From assembly GCF_036383835.1 (NCBI RefSeq), contig NZ_DASVNN010000012.1, forward strand, positions 26,424 through 58,423: 32,000 nucleotides of DNA, in the 5' to 3' direction. The DNA is from Ramlibacter sp. (GTDB lineage Bacteria > Pseudomonadota > Gammaproteobacteria > Burkholderiales > Burkholderiaceae_C). The notes under the pieces are model-generated. The model did not search any database, had not been told where the DNA came from, and saw only the letters and a program-made list of their open reading frames with translations. The position numbers were made by a program, and so were the translations under genes. Positions 18,909 to 28,574 of the stretch are shown piece after piece; position 1 is the first letter of the stretch; the number at the start of each line of letters is the position of its first letter.

Positions 18909-19817
18909 ATGGAACGCCCTTACATCCTGCACATGTTCACGCCGGGGCCGCAGGTGAGCCCGTTCGACGTCAACATGGCCGCCGATGCCGGCTACCAGCT
19001 GGCGGTGCCGTATTGCCACGTGACGCCGGAGGGCATCGCCGGCCTCACGCAGGACGCGATCTTCTCCCGCGGCCCCAAGGGCGCGGCCCGGACGGGCCTC
19101 TTCATCGGCGGGCGCGACGTGCTCGTCGCCGACGACATGCTGGAGCGCGCCCGCAACGCGATGATTCCGCCCTTCGCCGTCTCGCTCTGCGCCGACCCGA
19201 GCGGTGCGTACACGACCGCCGCGGCCCTGGTGGCGTACACCGAGGCCGCGTTGGGGGCCACGAGCGATGGCGGCCTGGCGGGAACGCAGGTGCTGCTGCT
19301 CGGAGGCACCGGCCCGGTGGGCCGCATCGCGGCGGTGCTGTGCGCGCGTCGCGGTGCGCATGCCCTGCTGGGAAGCCACAGGGGCGCGACCGCGGCCGGG
19401 GAAGCGGCGGCGGCCACCGGTGCACGCTTCGGCGTCTCGCTGCAGGGGGTTTCCACCGCCACGGCCGACGCGCTGCGCACCGCCTTGTCGGAGGCCGACG
19501 TCGCGATGGGCGTGGCCGGCGCGGGGGTGCAGGTGGCGAGCGAGGCGGACCTCGAGGCCGCGATGCGCCTGCGCGTCGCCGTCGACATCAATGCGGTGCC
19601 CCCCGCCGGTCTCGCCGGCGTCGGTGCGATGGACGACGGCAAGCCGCTGGCCGGAACCTCCGCCGTCGCGATCGGCGCGCTCGCGGTGGGCAACGTGAAG
19701 TACCAGGTGCAGCATCGCCTGCTCTCGCGCATGCGCGAGTCCGAGCGGCCGGTCGTGTTCGGCTTCGCCGAGGCCTTCGAGCTGGCGCGCGAAGTGCTGG
19801 CGGAGAAGAAGCGCTGA
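18909..19817 (+). CDS. mtdB: NAD(P)-dependent methylene-H4MPT dehydrogenase
   Basis: MERPYILHMFTPGPQVSPFDVNMAADAGYQ is an MtdB-type N-terminus. The Rossmann motif is LLLGGTGPVG. 302 aa. Confidence 0.88.
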   Translation: MERPYILHMFTPGPQVSPFDVNMAADAGYQLAVPYCHVTPEGIAGLTQDAIFSRGPKGAARTGLFIGGRDVLVADDMLERARNAMIPPFAVSLCADPSGAYTTAAALVAYTEAALGATSDGGLAGTQVLLLGGTGPVGRIAAVLCARRGAHALLGSHRGATAAGEAAAATGARFGVSLQGVSTATADALRTALSEADVAMGVAGAGVQVASEADLEAAMRLRVAVDINAVPPAGLAGVGAMDDGKPLAGTSAVAIGALAVGNVKYQVQHRLLSRMRESERPVVFGFAEAFELAREVLAEKKR

Positions 19818-19827
19818 GGGCCGCGGG

Positions 19828-20970
19828 ATGGCCGATGCCGTCGTCGTCGCGGGCCTGTGGGTGCGGCCGCTCGCCGAATCGGCCTGCCAGGCCGGCTGGC
19901 GCGTCATGGCCCTGGACCTGTTCGGCGACGCCGACACGCGCCGTGCCAGCGCCCGCTGGATGCGCATCGGCGATCCTGCATCCTTCGCGATCGCGCCCGC
20001 GCTGCTGGGCGACGCGCTGCAACGCGCCGCGCGCGAGCCCGGCGTGACCGGATGGATCGCGGGCAGCGGCTTCGAGGCATGGCCGGACGCACTCGCCCTG
20101 CACGTCCCCGGATTGCCGCTGCTGGGCATGGCGGCGGCCGCGGTCCGCCGCGTGCGCGATCCGGCATCGTTCTTCGCCACGCTCGATCGGCTCCGGCTCG
20201 AACATCCGGAGGTGTCGCTGCGGGCACCGGGCGATCCCGAAGGCTGGTTGGTGAAGAGCGGCGCCGGCGCCGGCGGCTGGCACATCCGTCACGCGCGGGA
20301 TGCCGGCGTGCCCGCCGGCCCCTCGATCTACTGGCAGCGGTTCCAGGCCGGGGAAGCCATGTCCGCGCTGTTCCTGGCCGACGGCGCCCGCGCGCGGCTG
20401 GTGGCGCTGAACCGCTTGCTCGTGCGCCCGCTCGGCGCCCTGCCCTTCGTCTACCACGGCGCCATCGGGCCGATCCGCGACGGCGTGCTCACGCGGCGCC
20501 TGCAGCAGATGCTGGCCGTCCTCGTGCCCGCCTTCGGCCTGCGCGGACTGGCCAGCCTGGACTTCATCGCGCGGGACGGCCGGGTGTCGCTGCTGGAGGT
20601 GAACCCGCGCCCTTCCGCCACCATGGTGCTGCACGCGCAGGCCTGGCCCGGCGGACTGCTGCGCGCCCACGTGCGCGCCGTGCAAGGCGAGTTGCCGGAC
20701 GCGCCAGCCTCGCATGCGGCCGGCGTGCGCGGCTGCCTGACGCTGTTCGCCGACCGCGCCTGCAGCGTCGACGCGGCGCTCGCGGCCGAACTGGCAACGT
20801 CCCCGTTCTGCCATGACCTGCCCGCGCCCGGATCGACCTTCGGCGCCGGCGAACCGGTGTGCAGCGTGAGCGCCGAGGCGGCCGGCACGCAGGCGGTGCT
20901 CGGCGAACTCGCCGTCCGTGCCGAGCGGGTGCGCGAACGGCTCACGTCCTGCGAGGAGCTCGCCGCATGA
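19828..20970 (+). CDS. ATP-grasp 'carboligase-like' protein of the H4MPT gene set (Orf19-like)
   Basis: GWLVKSGAGAGGWHIR and ASLDFIARDGRVSLLEVNPRPSAT are ATP-grasp signatures. 380 aa. Confidence 0.68.
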   Translation: MADAVVVAGLWVRPLAESACQAGWRVMALDLFGDADTRRASARWMRIGDPASFAIAPALLGDALQRAAREPGVTGWIAGSGFEAWPDALALHVPGLPLLGMAAAAVRRVRDPASFFATLDRLRLEHPEVSLRAPGDPEGWLVKSGAGAGGWHIRHARDAGVPAGPSIYWQRFQAGEAMSALFLADGARARLVALNRLLVRPLGALPFVYHGAIGPIRDGVLTRRLQQMLAVLVPAFGLRGLASLDFIARDGRVSLLEVNPRPSATMVLHAQAWPGGLLRAHVRAVQGELPDAPASHAAGVRGCLTLFADRACSVDAALAAELATSPFCHDLPAPGSTFGAGEPVCSVSAEAAGTQAVLGELAVRAERVRERLTSCEELAA

Positions 20971-21947
20971 CGGCCACGGAGCCCAGTGTCAACCGGCTCG
21001 CCGCGCCGCTGCTGGAAAGCCTGCTGCACGAGGCCGATCGCCTGCGCATCGAGGTCGCGCGCGACGAGGCCGGCGTCACCGTGATCGATGCCGGCATCGC
21101 GGCACGCGGCAGCGTGGCGGCCGGCCTGCGGATCGGCGCGTTGTGCCTGGGCGGACTCGGCGAGGTCCGCCTCGCGCCGCTGCCGCGCGAGGGCTGGCCG
21201 GACTGGCTGCACGTGCGCAGCTCGCAGCCGGTGCTCGCCTGCCTGGCCAGCCAGTACGCGGGATGGAGCCTCGCGGCTTCCAGGGAGGAAGCGGGCGGCC
21301 GGAAGTTCTTCGCCCTGGGCTCCGGCCCGGCGCGCGCGCTGGCGTGCAAGGAGCCGCTGTTCGCCGAGCTCGGCTACCGAGATCGCAGCGACAGCGGCGT
21401 CCTCGTGCTGGAGGTCGACCGGCCGCCGCCTCCGGTGGTCGTCGCCAAGGTGCTGCGCGACTGCGCGCTCGAGCCGGCGGGCCTCGCGATCGTGCTCACG
21501 CCGACGGCGAGCCTGGCCGGCACGACGCAGATCGTCGCCCGCGTGCTCGAGGTCGCGCTGCACCGCGCGCACGAACTGGGCTTCGCGCTGCGGGACATCG
21601 TCGAAGGCACGGCCTGCGCGCCGCTGCCCGCGCCCGGCGCCGGCACGCTCGAGGCCATGGCACGCACCAACGACGCGATCCTGTATGGCGGCCAGGTCCA
21701 CCTCACCGTCGCCGGCACGGCGGAAGCCGCGCGCGAACTCGCGTCGAGACTGCCGTCGTCGAATTCGCGCGACCACGGCCGCTCCTTCGGCGAATTGTTC
21801 GAGGAGGCAGGCCACGACTTCTACCGGCTCGACGGCGCGCTGTTCGCGCCGGCCGAGGCCTGGGTGACCCATCTCGGCTCCGGCCAGACCTGGCGGGCCG
21901 GCGGGCTGGACATGGCCCTCCTGCTTCGACTGTGGCAGGCCGCATGA
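20967..21947 (+). CDS. mch: Methenyl-H4MPT cyclohydrolase
   Basis: ATGA overlap with the upstream stop. CLASQYAGWSL, FFALGSGPARALA and LTPTASLAGTTQIVARVLE are Mch-type motifs. 326 aa. Confidence 0.9.
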   Translation: MTATEPSVNRLAAPLLESLLHEADRLRIEVARDEAGVTVIDAGIAARGSVAAGLRIGALCLGGLGEVRLAPLPREGWPDWLHVRSSQPVLACLASQYAGWSLAASREEAGGRKFFALGSGPARALACKEPLFAELGYRDRSDSGVLVLEVDRPPPPVVVAKVLRDCALEPAGLAIVLTPTASLAGTTQIVARVLEVALHRAHELGFALRDIVEGTACAPLPAPGAGTLEAMARTNDAILYGGQVHLTVAGTAEAARELASRLPSSNSRDHGRSFGELFEEAGHDFYRLDGALFAPAEAWVTHLGSGQTWRAGGLDMALLLRLWQAA

Positions 21948-22906
21948 AACCCGCGCTCGCCCCGAGCCCCGGCCTGCGGGTGGCCATCATGACCGACGAG
22001 ACCGGCTGGCATACGCGCCAGCTGCTGCGCGCGCTGCGCGAGCGCGGCTGCACGGGTCGCTGCATCGACCTGGCGCAGTGCCGCATCGCCACCACGCATG
22101 CGTGGCACGGCCTGGTGCTGCCGGGCCATGGCACGGACCTGCCCGACGCCGTGCTCGTGCGCGGCATCGCGGCCGGCAGCTTCGAGCAGGTGACCAAGCG
22201 GCTCGGCGTGCTGCATGCCCTGCGGGAATTCGGCGTGCCCGTCTACAACGACGCCCGCGCGATCGAGCGCAGCGTCGACAAGTCCATGACCAGCGTGCTG
22301 CTGCACGCCGCCGGCGTGCCTACGCCTCCCACCTGGGCGATGGAATCCGCGGCGCTCGCCCAGCGACTCGTCACGCGGGAAAGCGCCGCGGGACACGCGC
22401 TGGTGCTGAAGCCGCTCTTCGGCTCGCAGGGGCAAGGCCTGCAGCGCATCGGCCGGGTCGATGGCGTGCACGTGCCGCTGCCGCCGCTCGAGGGCGGCTA
22501 CGGCGGGCTCGCCTACCTGCAGCGCTTCGTCGAGGCGCGCGCGACGCCGGGTTACGACTACCGCGTGCTGGTCGTGGGAGGGAGCGCGCTGGCGGCGATG
22601 CGCCGCGTGAGCGAACACTGGGTGCACAACGTGGCCCAGGGCGCGCGCTGCGAGCCGCAATCGCTCGCGCACGGCGCCGGGCCCGAACTCGCCCGGCTCG
22701 CCGAGGCGGCCTCGCGTGCACTGGACATGGATTACGCGGGCGTCGACCTGCTCCCCGCGGGCCATGGCGCGCAGGTGCTCGAGGTCAACGGCGTGGCGGC
22801 GTGGCAGGGCCTGCAGCGCGTGACGCCTTTCAACATCGCGCGGGCCCTGGTGCACGACCTGCTCGATCGCAAGTGCGCCGGCCTCGCCCGCCGGCGGCAG
22901 GCGTGA
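21944..22906 (+). CDS. mptN: RimK-family ATP-grasp ligase (Orf5; H4MPT:alpha-L-glutamate ligase homologue)
   Basis: ATGA overlap with the mch stop. LVLKPLFGSQGQGL, YDYRVLVVGG, NVAQGARCE and VLEVNGVAAW are RimK-type motifs. Confidence 0.75.
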   Translation: MKPALAPSPGLRVAIMTDETGWHTRQLLRALRERGCTGRCIDLAQCRIATTHAWHGLVLPGHGTDLPDAVLVRGIAAGSFEQVTKRLGVLHALREFGVPVYNDARAIERSVDKSMTSVLLHAAGVPTPPTWAMESAALAQRLVTRESAAGHALVLKPLFGSQGQGLQRIGRVDGVHVPLPPLEGGYGGLAYLQRFVEARATPGYDYRVLVVGGSALAAMRRVSEHWVHNVAQGARCEPQSLAHGAGPELARLAEAASRALDMDYAGVDLLPAGHGAQVLEVNGVAAWQGLQRVTPFNIARALVHDLLDRKCAGLARRRQA

Positions 22907-23781
22907 AGCGCGCGCGGGCGCTGCCTGCGGCGGATCCTGCCGCGCGGGGCCGTCAGGCCTTCCTGTGGGCCTGCGCGCTCGACGTGCAGGTCCGCAAGCC
23001 GGGCAACGTGAGCCTGGCCTCGCCCGGGCACCGCATGGACGCGGCGCAGTTCATCGCCGCCGCGACGGCGGCCGCCGGCCCCATCAGCTCGGCCGGCGCA
23101 CCGGTGGGCGAACGCATCGAAGGCGCGGTGCGGGCCGCCTGGGAGGCGACGCAGTGCAACACCAACCTGGGCATCGTGCTGCTCTGCGCGCCTCTGCTGG
23201 CCGCCTGCGAGCGGCCCGGCAGTGCGAAGGACGCGCCGGCCCTGCGCGCCGCGCTCGAAGCGGTGCTGCGGTCGCTCGCCGTCGCCGACACGCGCGCGGC
23301 CTACCGCGCCATCGCACTGGCGCGTCCGGCGGGTCTGGGCCGCGCCCCCGAACAGGACGTGTTCGAGGCTCCGACCGTCGGGCTGCGCGAAGCCATGGCG
23401 CTGGCCGCCGGCCGCGACCGCATCGCATGGCAATACGTCCATGCCCATGCGGACGTGTTCGACCTCGGGCTGCCGGCCTTCCTCGTGGCGCCGGAAGCCG
23501 CGCCGGCGATGCAGCGCGCCTTCCTGGAGTTGCTCGCCGGCCGGCCCGACTCACACATTGTGCGAAAGCACGGAGACGCGGTGGCGCAGTCTGTCATGCG
23601 CGAGGCGGCGCCCTGGCGCGCCCGCGCGCGCCAGGGCCACGTGCTGGACGAGGACCCCGCCTTCGCCGGCTGGGACCGGGACCTCAAGGAGAAAGGGATC
23701 AATCCGGGCACCACCGCCGATCTCTGCGTGGCCGTCGCGCTGGCGGCCGCCTTCCTGGATCCGGCTTCGCGTTTCCCCTGA
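22903..23781 (+). CDS. Triphosphoribosyl-dephospho-CoA synthase (CitG/MdcB)-family protein (Orf7)
   Basis: GTGA overlap with the upstream stop. [18 protein letters not shown] and [10 protein letters not shown] are CitG-family motifs. 292 aa. Confidence 0.72.
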   Translation: MKRARALPAADPAARGRQAFLWACALDVQVRKPGNVSLASPGHRMDAAQFIAAATAAAGPISSAGAPVGERIEGAVRAAWEATQCNTNLGIVLLCAPLLAACERPGSAKDAPALRAALEAVLRSLAVADTRAAYRAIALARPAGLGRAPEQDVFEAPTVGLREAMALAAGRDRIAWQYVHAHADVFDLGLPAFLVAPEAAPAMQRAFLELLAGRPDSHIVRKHGDAVAQSVMREAAPWRARARQGHVLDEDPAFAGWDRDLKEKGINPGTTADLCVAVALAAAFLDPASRFP

Positions 23782-23875
23782 GCGGACCCGGCATGGAATA
23801 TGTGAGCGCGGTCCTGATGGCCCCGGCGCGTGCCGCGGCCACGCACGCCCACACCCCCCTACCGGAGGAGCGCAC

Positions 23876-24388
23876 ATGGCCAAGATCGACCGCCTGCTGA
23901 TTGGAGAGTCCCTCGTCGGAGAGGGCAACGAGGTCGCCCACATCGACCTGATCATGGGGCCCCGCGGATCGGCGGCGGAAACCGCCTTCGCCAACGCCCT
24001 GACGAACAACAAGGACGGCTTCACGTCGCTGCTGGCCGTGGTGGCGCCGAACCTGCCGGCCAAGCCGGCCACCGTGATGTTCAACAAGGTGACCATCAAG
24101 GGCGCGAAGCAGGCCGTGCAGATGTTCGGGCCGGCGCAGCATGCGGTCGCCCTCGCCGTCGCCGACTGCGTCGAGGACGGCACGATCCCGCTGGCGGAAG
24201 CCGACGACGTGTTCATCTGCGTGGGCGTGTTCATCCACTGGCAGGCCGACGACGACAAGAAGATCCAGGAATTCAACTACCGCGCCTGCAAGGAGTCGAT
24301 CAAGCGCGCCGTCAACCGCGAGCCCACGCCGGCCGACGTGGTGGAGCGCAAGTACCAGGTCGCCCACCCGTTCCAGGCAGCGGCCTGA
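23876..24388 (+). CDS. fae: Formaldehyde-activating enzyme
   Basis: [42 protein letters not shown]... 170 aa. GGAGGAG lies upstream of the ATG. Confidence 0.95.
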   Translation: MAKIDRLLIGESLVGEGNEVAHIDLIMGPRGSAAETAFANALTNNKDGFTSLLAVVAPNLPAKPATVMFNKVTIKGAKQAVQMFGPAQHAVALAVADCVEDGTIPLAEADDVFICVGVFIHWQADDDKKIQEFNYRACKESIKRAVNREPTPADVVERKYQVAHPFQAAA

Positions 24389-24418
24389 GCCTGCTGCCGC
24401 ACATCGACGAAGGAGACA

Positions 24419-26236
24419 ATGATGGACCCGAGACGCAGCGTCCCCTGGCGGCAGTGCATCGCCGCCGCCCTGTTCACCCTGCCCGCGCTGGCGCACGCCA
24501 ATGGCGACGTGGAGAAGCACATCGCAGACCCGAAGAACTGGGCCATGCAGGCGGGCGACATGTACAACCAGCGCTACAGCAAGCTGCGGCAGATCAACAC
24601 CGGCAACGTCGGCAAGCTGCAGGTCGCGTGGACCTTCTCCACCGGCGTGCTGCGCGGGCACGAGGGCTCGCCGCTGGTGATCGGCGACACGATGTACCTG
24701 CACTCGCCGTTCCCGAACAAGGTGTTCGCGCTCGACCTGAACACGCAGAAGCTGCTGTGGAAGTACGAGCCCAAGCAGGATCCCGCCGTGATCCCGCAGA
24801 TGTGCTGCGACACCGTCAACCGCGGCCTGGCCTACGCCGAGGGCAAGGTCTTCCTGCAGCAGGCCGACAGCATGCTGGTCGCGCTCGACGCGAAGACCGG
24901 CAAGCCCGTGTGGTCGGTGAAGAACGGCGACCCGAAGGTGGGCGCGGTCAACACCAATGCGCCGCACGTCTTCAAGGACAAGGTCATCACCGGCATCAGC
25001 GGCGGCGAATGGGGCGTGCGCGGCTACATCACCGCGTACGACATCAACACCGGCAAGCAGGTCTGGCGGGGCTACAGCACCGGACCGGACGCCGAGATGC
25101 TGGTCGACCCCGAGAAGACCATGACCTGGACCGACGGCAGGATGGCGCCGGTCGGCAAGGACTCTTCGCTGAAGACCTGGCAGGGCGACCAGTGGAAGAT
25201 CGGCGGCGGCACCACCTGGGGCTGGTTCAGCTACGACAAGGCGGCCAACCTGATGTACTACGGCACCGGCAACCCGTCGACCTGGAACCCGGCGCAGCGC
25301 CCCGGCGACAACAAGTGGTCGATGACGATCTTCGCGCGTGACGTCGACACCGGCATGACGAAGTGGGTCTACCAGATGACGCCGTACGACGAGTGGGACT
25401 TCGACGGCATCAACGAGATGATCCTGGCGGACATCAACGTCAAGGGGCAGCCGCGCAAGGCGCTGGTGCACTTCGACCGCAACGGCTTCGGCTACACGCT
25501 CGACCGCATCAGCGGCGAGCTGCTGGTGGCCGAGAAGTTCGACCCGAAGGTGAACTGGGCGACCCACGTCGACATGAAGAGCGGGCGGCCACAGGTGGTG
25601 AAGCAGTACTCGACGGCCGCCGGCGGCCCCGACCACAACACCAAGGGCATCTGCCCCGCGGCGCTCGGAAGCAAGGACCAGCAGCCGGCCTCGTTCGACC
25701 CGAACACGAAGCTGTTCTACGTGCCGACCAACCACGTCTGCATGGACTACGAGCCGTTCAAGGTCGAATACACCGCGGGCCAGCCCTACGTCGGCGCGAC
25801 GCTGTCGATGTTCCCGGCGCCGGGCAGCCATGGCGGCATGGGCAACTACATCGCCTGGGACGCCGGCACGGGCAAGGTCGTCCAGACGAAGGCCGAGAAG
25901 TTCTCCGTCTGGAGCGGTGCGCTCAACACCGCCGGCGGGCTCTCCTGCTACGGCACGCTGGAAGGCTACATGAAGTGCGTCGATGCGAAGAACATCAACA
26001 AGGAACTGTTCAAGTTCAAGACGCCCTCCGGCATCATCGGCAACGTGTTCACGTACGAGCACAAGGGCAAGCAGTACGTGGGCGTGTTCTCCGGCATCGG
26101 CGGCTGGGCCGGCATCGGCATGGCGGCGGGCCTGGAGAAGGACACCGACGGCCTCGGCGCGGTCGGCGGCTACCGCGAGCTGAACCAGTACACAGAACTG
26201 GGCGGATCGCTGACCGTCTTCACGCTGCCGAACTGA
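24419..26236 (+). CDS. xoxF: PQQ-dependent methanol/alcohol dehydrogenase, XoxF type (lanthanide-ligand signature)
   Basis: Signal peptide, [17 protein letters not shown], vicinal Cys [43 protein letters not shown], and DEWDFDG with the extra Asp two residues after the catalytic Asp (MxaF and the Ca-type ADHs have Ala there). Confidence 0.88.
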   Translation: MMDPRRSVPWRQCIAAALFTLPALAHANGDVEKHIADPKNWAMQAGDMYNQRYSKLRQINTGNVGKLQVAWTFSTGVLRGHEGSPLVIGDTMYLHSPFPNKVFALDLNTQKLLWKYEPKQDPAVIPQMCCDTVNRGLAYAEGKVFLQQADSMLVALDAKTGKPVWSVKNGDPKVGAVNTNAPHVFKDKVITGISGGEWGVRGYITAYDINTGKQVWRGYSTGPDAEMLVDPEKTMTWTDGRMAPVGKDSSLKTWQGDQWKIGGGTTWGWFSYDKAANLMYYGTGNPSTWNPAQRPGDNKWSMTIFARDVDTGMTKWVYQMTPYDEWDFDGINEMILADINVKGQPRKALVHFDRNGFGYTLDRISGELLVAEKFDPKVNWATHVDMKSGRPQVVKQYSTAAGGPDHNTKGICPAALGSKDQQPASFDPNTKLFYVPTNHVCMDYEPFKVEYTAGQPYVGATLSMFPAPGSHGGMGNYIAWDAGTGKVVQTKAEKFSVWSGALNTAGGLSCYGTLEGYMKCVDAKNINKELFKFKTPSGIIGNVFTYEHKGKQYVGVFSGIGGWAGIGMAAGLEKDTDGLGAVGGYRELNQYTELGGSLTVFTLPN

Positions 26237-26646
26237 TGGCCCCGATGGCCCGCGGCCTGCTGTTCACCGCGCTGTTCGTGGCACTGGCCACGGGCGGCGC
26301 GTGGGCCCAGGACCAGAAACCGTACAAGGTGGTCGACGGCTACAAGGTCGACCCCGTCACCATGACCGGCTTTCGCACCTGGCGCGCCGCGGCCTGCGAC
26401 CGCTGCCACGGCGCCAACCAGGAAGGCTCGGTCGGCCCGTCCCTGATCGCCAGCCTGAAGACGCTGAGCAAGGAGGACTTCGTCAAGGTCGTGCGCGACG
26501 GCCGCCAGGACAAGGGGATGATCGCCTTCTCGGCCAACCAGACGGTGATGGACAACCTGGATGCGCTGTATGCGTACCTGAAGGGGCGCTCGGACGGCGC
26601 CATCACGCGCGCCCGCGTCGAACCGATGCCGGGCGCGGGATCATGA
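26236..26646 (+). CDS. Periplasmic mono-haem c-type cytochrome in the XoxG position (probable electron acceptor)
   Basis: TGATG overlap with the xoxF stop. Signal peptide [24 protein letters not shown], a single haem site ACDRCHG, and a distal Met candidate in DKGMIAF. 136 aa. Confidence 0.8.
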   Translation: MAPMARGLLFTALFVALATGGAWAQDQKPYKVVDGYKVDPVTMTGFRTWRAAACDRCHGANQEGSVGPSLIASLKTLSKEDFVKVVRDGRQDKGMIAFSANQTVMDNLDALYAYLKGRSDGAITRARVEPMPGAGS

Positions 26647-27506
26647 CCGCGCGCGGCCTTGCGGCACTGCTGTTCGCCGCGCTGGCCTGGCCCGCCGGCA
26701 CCGCGCACGCCCAGGCCGCGGCGGAACCGCCGGCGCGCTCCGTCTTCCGGGTCTGCCAGGACCCGAACAACCTGCCCTTCTCCAACCTGCAGGGCGAAGG
26801 CTTCGAGAACAGGATCGCGGAACTGTTCGCGCGCGACCTCGGACTGCCGCTCGCGTATTTCTCCTTCCCCAACCGGCTGGCCTTCGTCCGCAACACGCTG
26901 CGCTATCGCCTCCCCGGCGAAGACTATCGCTGCGACGTGGTGCTGGGCGTGCCGGCCGAATTCGACCAGGTCGCGGTGACGAAGCCGTACTACCGCTCGA
27001 CCTACGCGCTCGTGTACGCGAAGGGCAAGGGCCTGGACGGCGTGCGCACCTCCGACGACCTGCTCGCGCTGCCGCCCGAGAAGCTGCGCACGCTGCGCAT
27101 CGGCGTCTACGACCGCTCGCCGGCGTCGCGCTGGCTGGCCCTGCATGGCCTGGTCGATCGCGGCGTGCCCTACCCGATCATGAGCCCGGACCCGGACCAG
27201 TATCCGGGCCAGGTCATCGAGCGCGACCTCGCGCAGGGGAAGATCGACGCGGCGATCGTGTGGGGGCCGATCGCGGGCTACTTCGCCAGGCGCATCCGCT
27301 CGCCCGAGCTGGTCCTCGCCCCCATGAAGTCGGAGCCCGGGCTGCCGTTCGAGTACGCCATCGCGATGGGCGTGCGCCACGGCGAGCCGCAGTGGAAGCA
27401 GCAGGTCGAGGGCCTGCTCGCCAGGCACCGCGAGGAGATCCTCACGATCCTGCGCGACTACGGCGTGCCGATGGTGCCGGAGCCGGCCGCGACGGCCGGC
27501 AGGTAG
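26643..27506 (+). CDS. xoxJ: MxaJ/XoxJ-family periplasmic binding protein
   Basis: ATGA overlap with the upstream stop. Signal peptide, then FRVCQDPNNLPFSN, which is typical of the quinoprotein-dehydrogenase-associated MoxJ-like family. 287 aa. Confidence 0.8.
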   Translation: MTARGLAALLFAALAWPAGTAHAQAAAEPPARSVFRVCQDPNNLPFSNLQGEGFENRIAELFARDLGLPLAYFSFPNRLAFVRNTLRYRLPGEDYRCDVVLGVPAEFDQVAVTKPYYRSTYALVYAKGKGLDGVRTSDDLLALPPEKLRTLRIGVYDRSPASRWLALHGLVDRGVPYPIMSPDPDQYPGQVIERDLAQGKIDAAIVWGPIAGYFARRIRSPELVLAPMKSEPGLPFEYAIAMGVRHGEPQWKQQVEGLLARHREEILTILRDYGVPMVPEPAATAGR

Positions 27507-27514
27507 GCCGAAGC

Positions 27515-28210
27515 ATGACCGCCGCGCGGCATTCCGCACGCTGGTCCGGGGTCCTGCTCGCGGCGGCCGTTCCGCTGGCCGGCGCGATGGACCCGCCCGC
27601 GACGCAGCCACCGCCGCCCTCGGAGGCGGAGCGCCTGCTCTTCGTGCACGACCACCTGCGCGCCAGCCGCAGTCCGGGGTCGCTGGGCTACCGGTACGTG
27701 GAAGAGGCAGAAGGGCAGCCGGACGTGAACGACCGCGCCGTGCTGACCCTGGCCGCCGGTGCCCGCGGCCGCTGCTGCAATATCGACGGCGACTATCTCT
27801 CCGGCGCCCGTGCGGTGAAGCTGCCCGGGATCCCGGACGCGCGCGCGAACCCGGTGCTGCTGTACTTCCTCGAAGGCGAGGTGCGGCGGCTCGAGCGCAC
27901 GACGAAGGGCCAGGCCGCCCACTTCCGCCGGCGCATCCGGCTGGCGCTCGCCGACGCGGCGACCGTCAGCGACGGCACCATCCGCTGGCGCGGGCAATCG
28001 GTGCCGGCGCGAATCGTCCGCGTGGCCCCGTTCGCGGGCGATCCCTACCGCGAGCGCTTCATGGGCCAGGCCGCCACCGAGTACGCCTTCGTGCTGTCCG
28101 ACGCCGTGCCGGGCGGCGTCTACCAGCTGAGTGCGACCCTGCCCGGCCCCGCGGCCGGCGCCGCTGCGCTCGCCCGGCGCACCCTGTCGCTCGAGGAGCC
28201 TCCGCCATGA
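27515..28210 (+). CDS. Uncharacterised secreted protein (231 aa) coupled to the xox genes
   Basis: The tail of ORF 27260..28210 from MTAARHSARWSGVLLAAAVPLAGA (signal-like). It has a Pro-rich stretch PPATQPPPPSE and vicinal Cys RGRCCNIDGDY. It starts 8 nt after the xoxJ stop. Third codon positions are G/C-rich. I recognise no family. Confidence 0.6.
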   Translation: MTAARHSARWSGVLLAAAVPLAGAMDPPATQPPPPSEAERLLFVHDHLRASRSPGSLGYRYVEEAEGQPDVNDRAVLTLAAGARGRCCNIDGDYLSGARAVKLPGIPDARANPVLLYFLEGEVRRLERTTKGQAAHFRRRIRLALADAATVSDGTIRWRGQSVPARIVRVAPFAGDPYRERFMGQAATEYAFVLSDAVPGGVYQLSATLPGPAAGAAALARRTLSLEEPPP

Positions 28211-28563
28211 CACGCCTGCACTGGATCGCCGCCGCGATGCTGGCGGCCCCCGCATGGGTCCAGGCCCACGACTACCCGACGGCCGAACGCGTCCTCTACG
28301 TCGAGGCCTGCATGCGCGAGTTTCCCGGCGGGCACTACGAGATGCTGAACAAGTGCTCCTGCGTGCTCGACGCGATCGCGCGCGAGGTGCCCTTCGACCA
28401 GTACGAGTCCATGAGCACGGCCACCAATGCGGCCAGCATCGGCGGCGAGCGCGGCTCGTACATCCGCGACGTCGATGCGCTGCAGGTCCAGATCCGCAAG
28501 TTCCGGCAGCTGCAGGCACAGGCCCGCAAGAGCTGCCTCTTCGCCCCGGCGACGCCGCGCTGA
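28207..28563 (+). CDS. Uncharacterised small secreted 4-Cys protein (118 aa)
   Basis: ATGA overlap with the upstream gene. Signal peptide MTRLHWIAAAMLAAPAWVQA followed by HDYP. The mature part contains the Cys-bearing segments EACMREF, NKCSCVLD and RKSCLF. I recognise no family. Confidence 0.6.
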   Translation: MTRLHWIAAAMLAAPAWVQAHDYPTAERVLYVEACMREFPGGHYEMLNKCSCVLDAIAREVPFDQYESMSTATNAASIGGERGSYIRDVDALQVQIRKFRQLQAQARKSCLFAPATPR

Positions 28564-28574
28564 GGGTCGGCGCC

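Noticed and set aside
23793-23900. 36-codon upstream ORF ([35 protein letters not shown]) overlapping the fae start, as a possible leader peptide
   Set aside because: It has no Shine-Dalgarno sequence and a composition like random GC-rich translation. Nothing supports it beyond being open.
23699-26062. 787-aa minus-strand ORF
   Set aside because: It is antisense to fae and xoxF, both of which are unambiguous on the plus strand. Shadow ORF.
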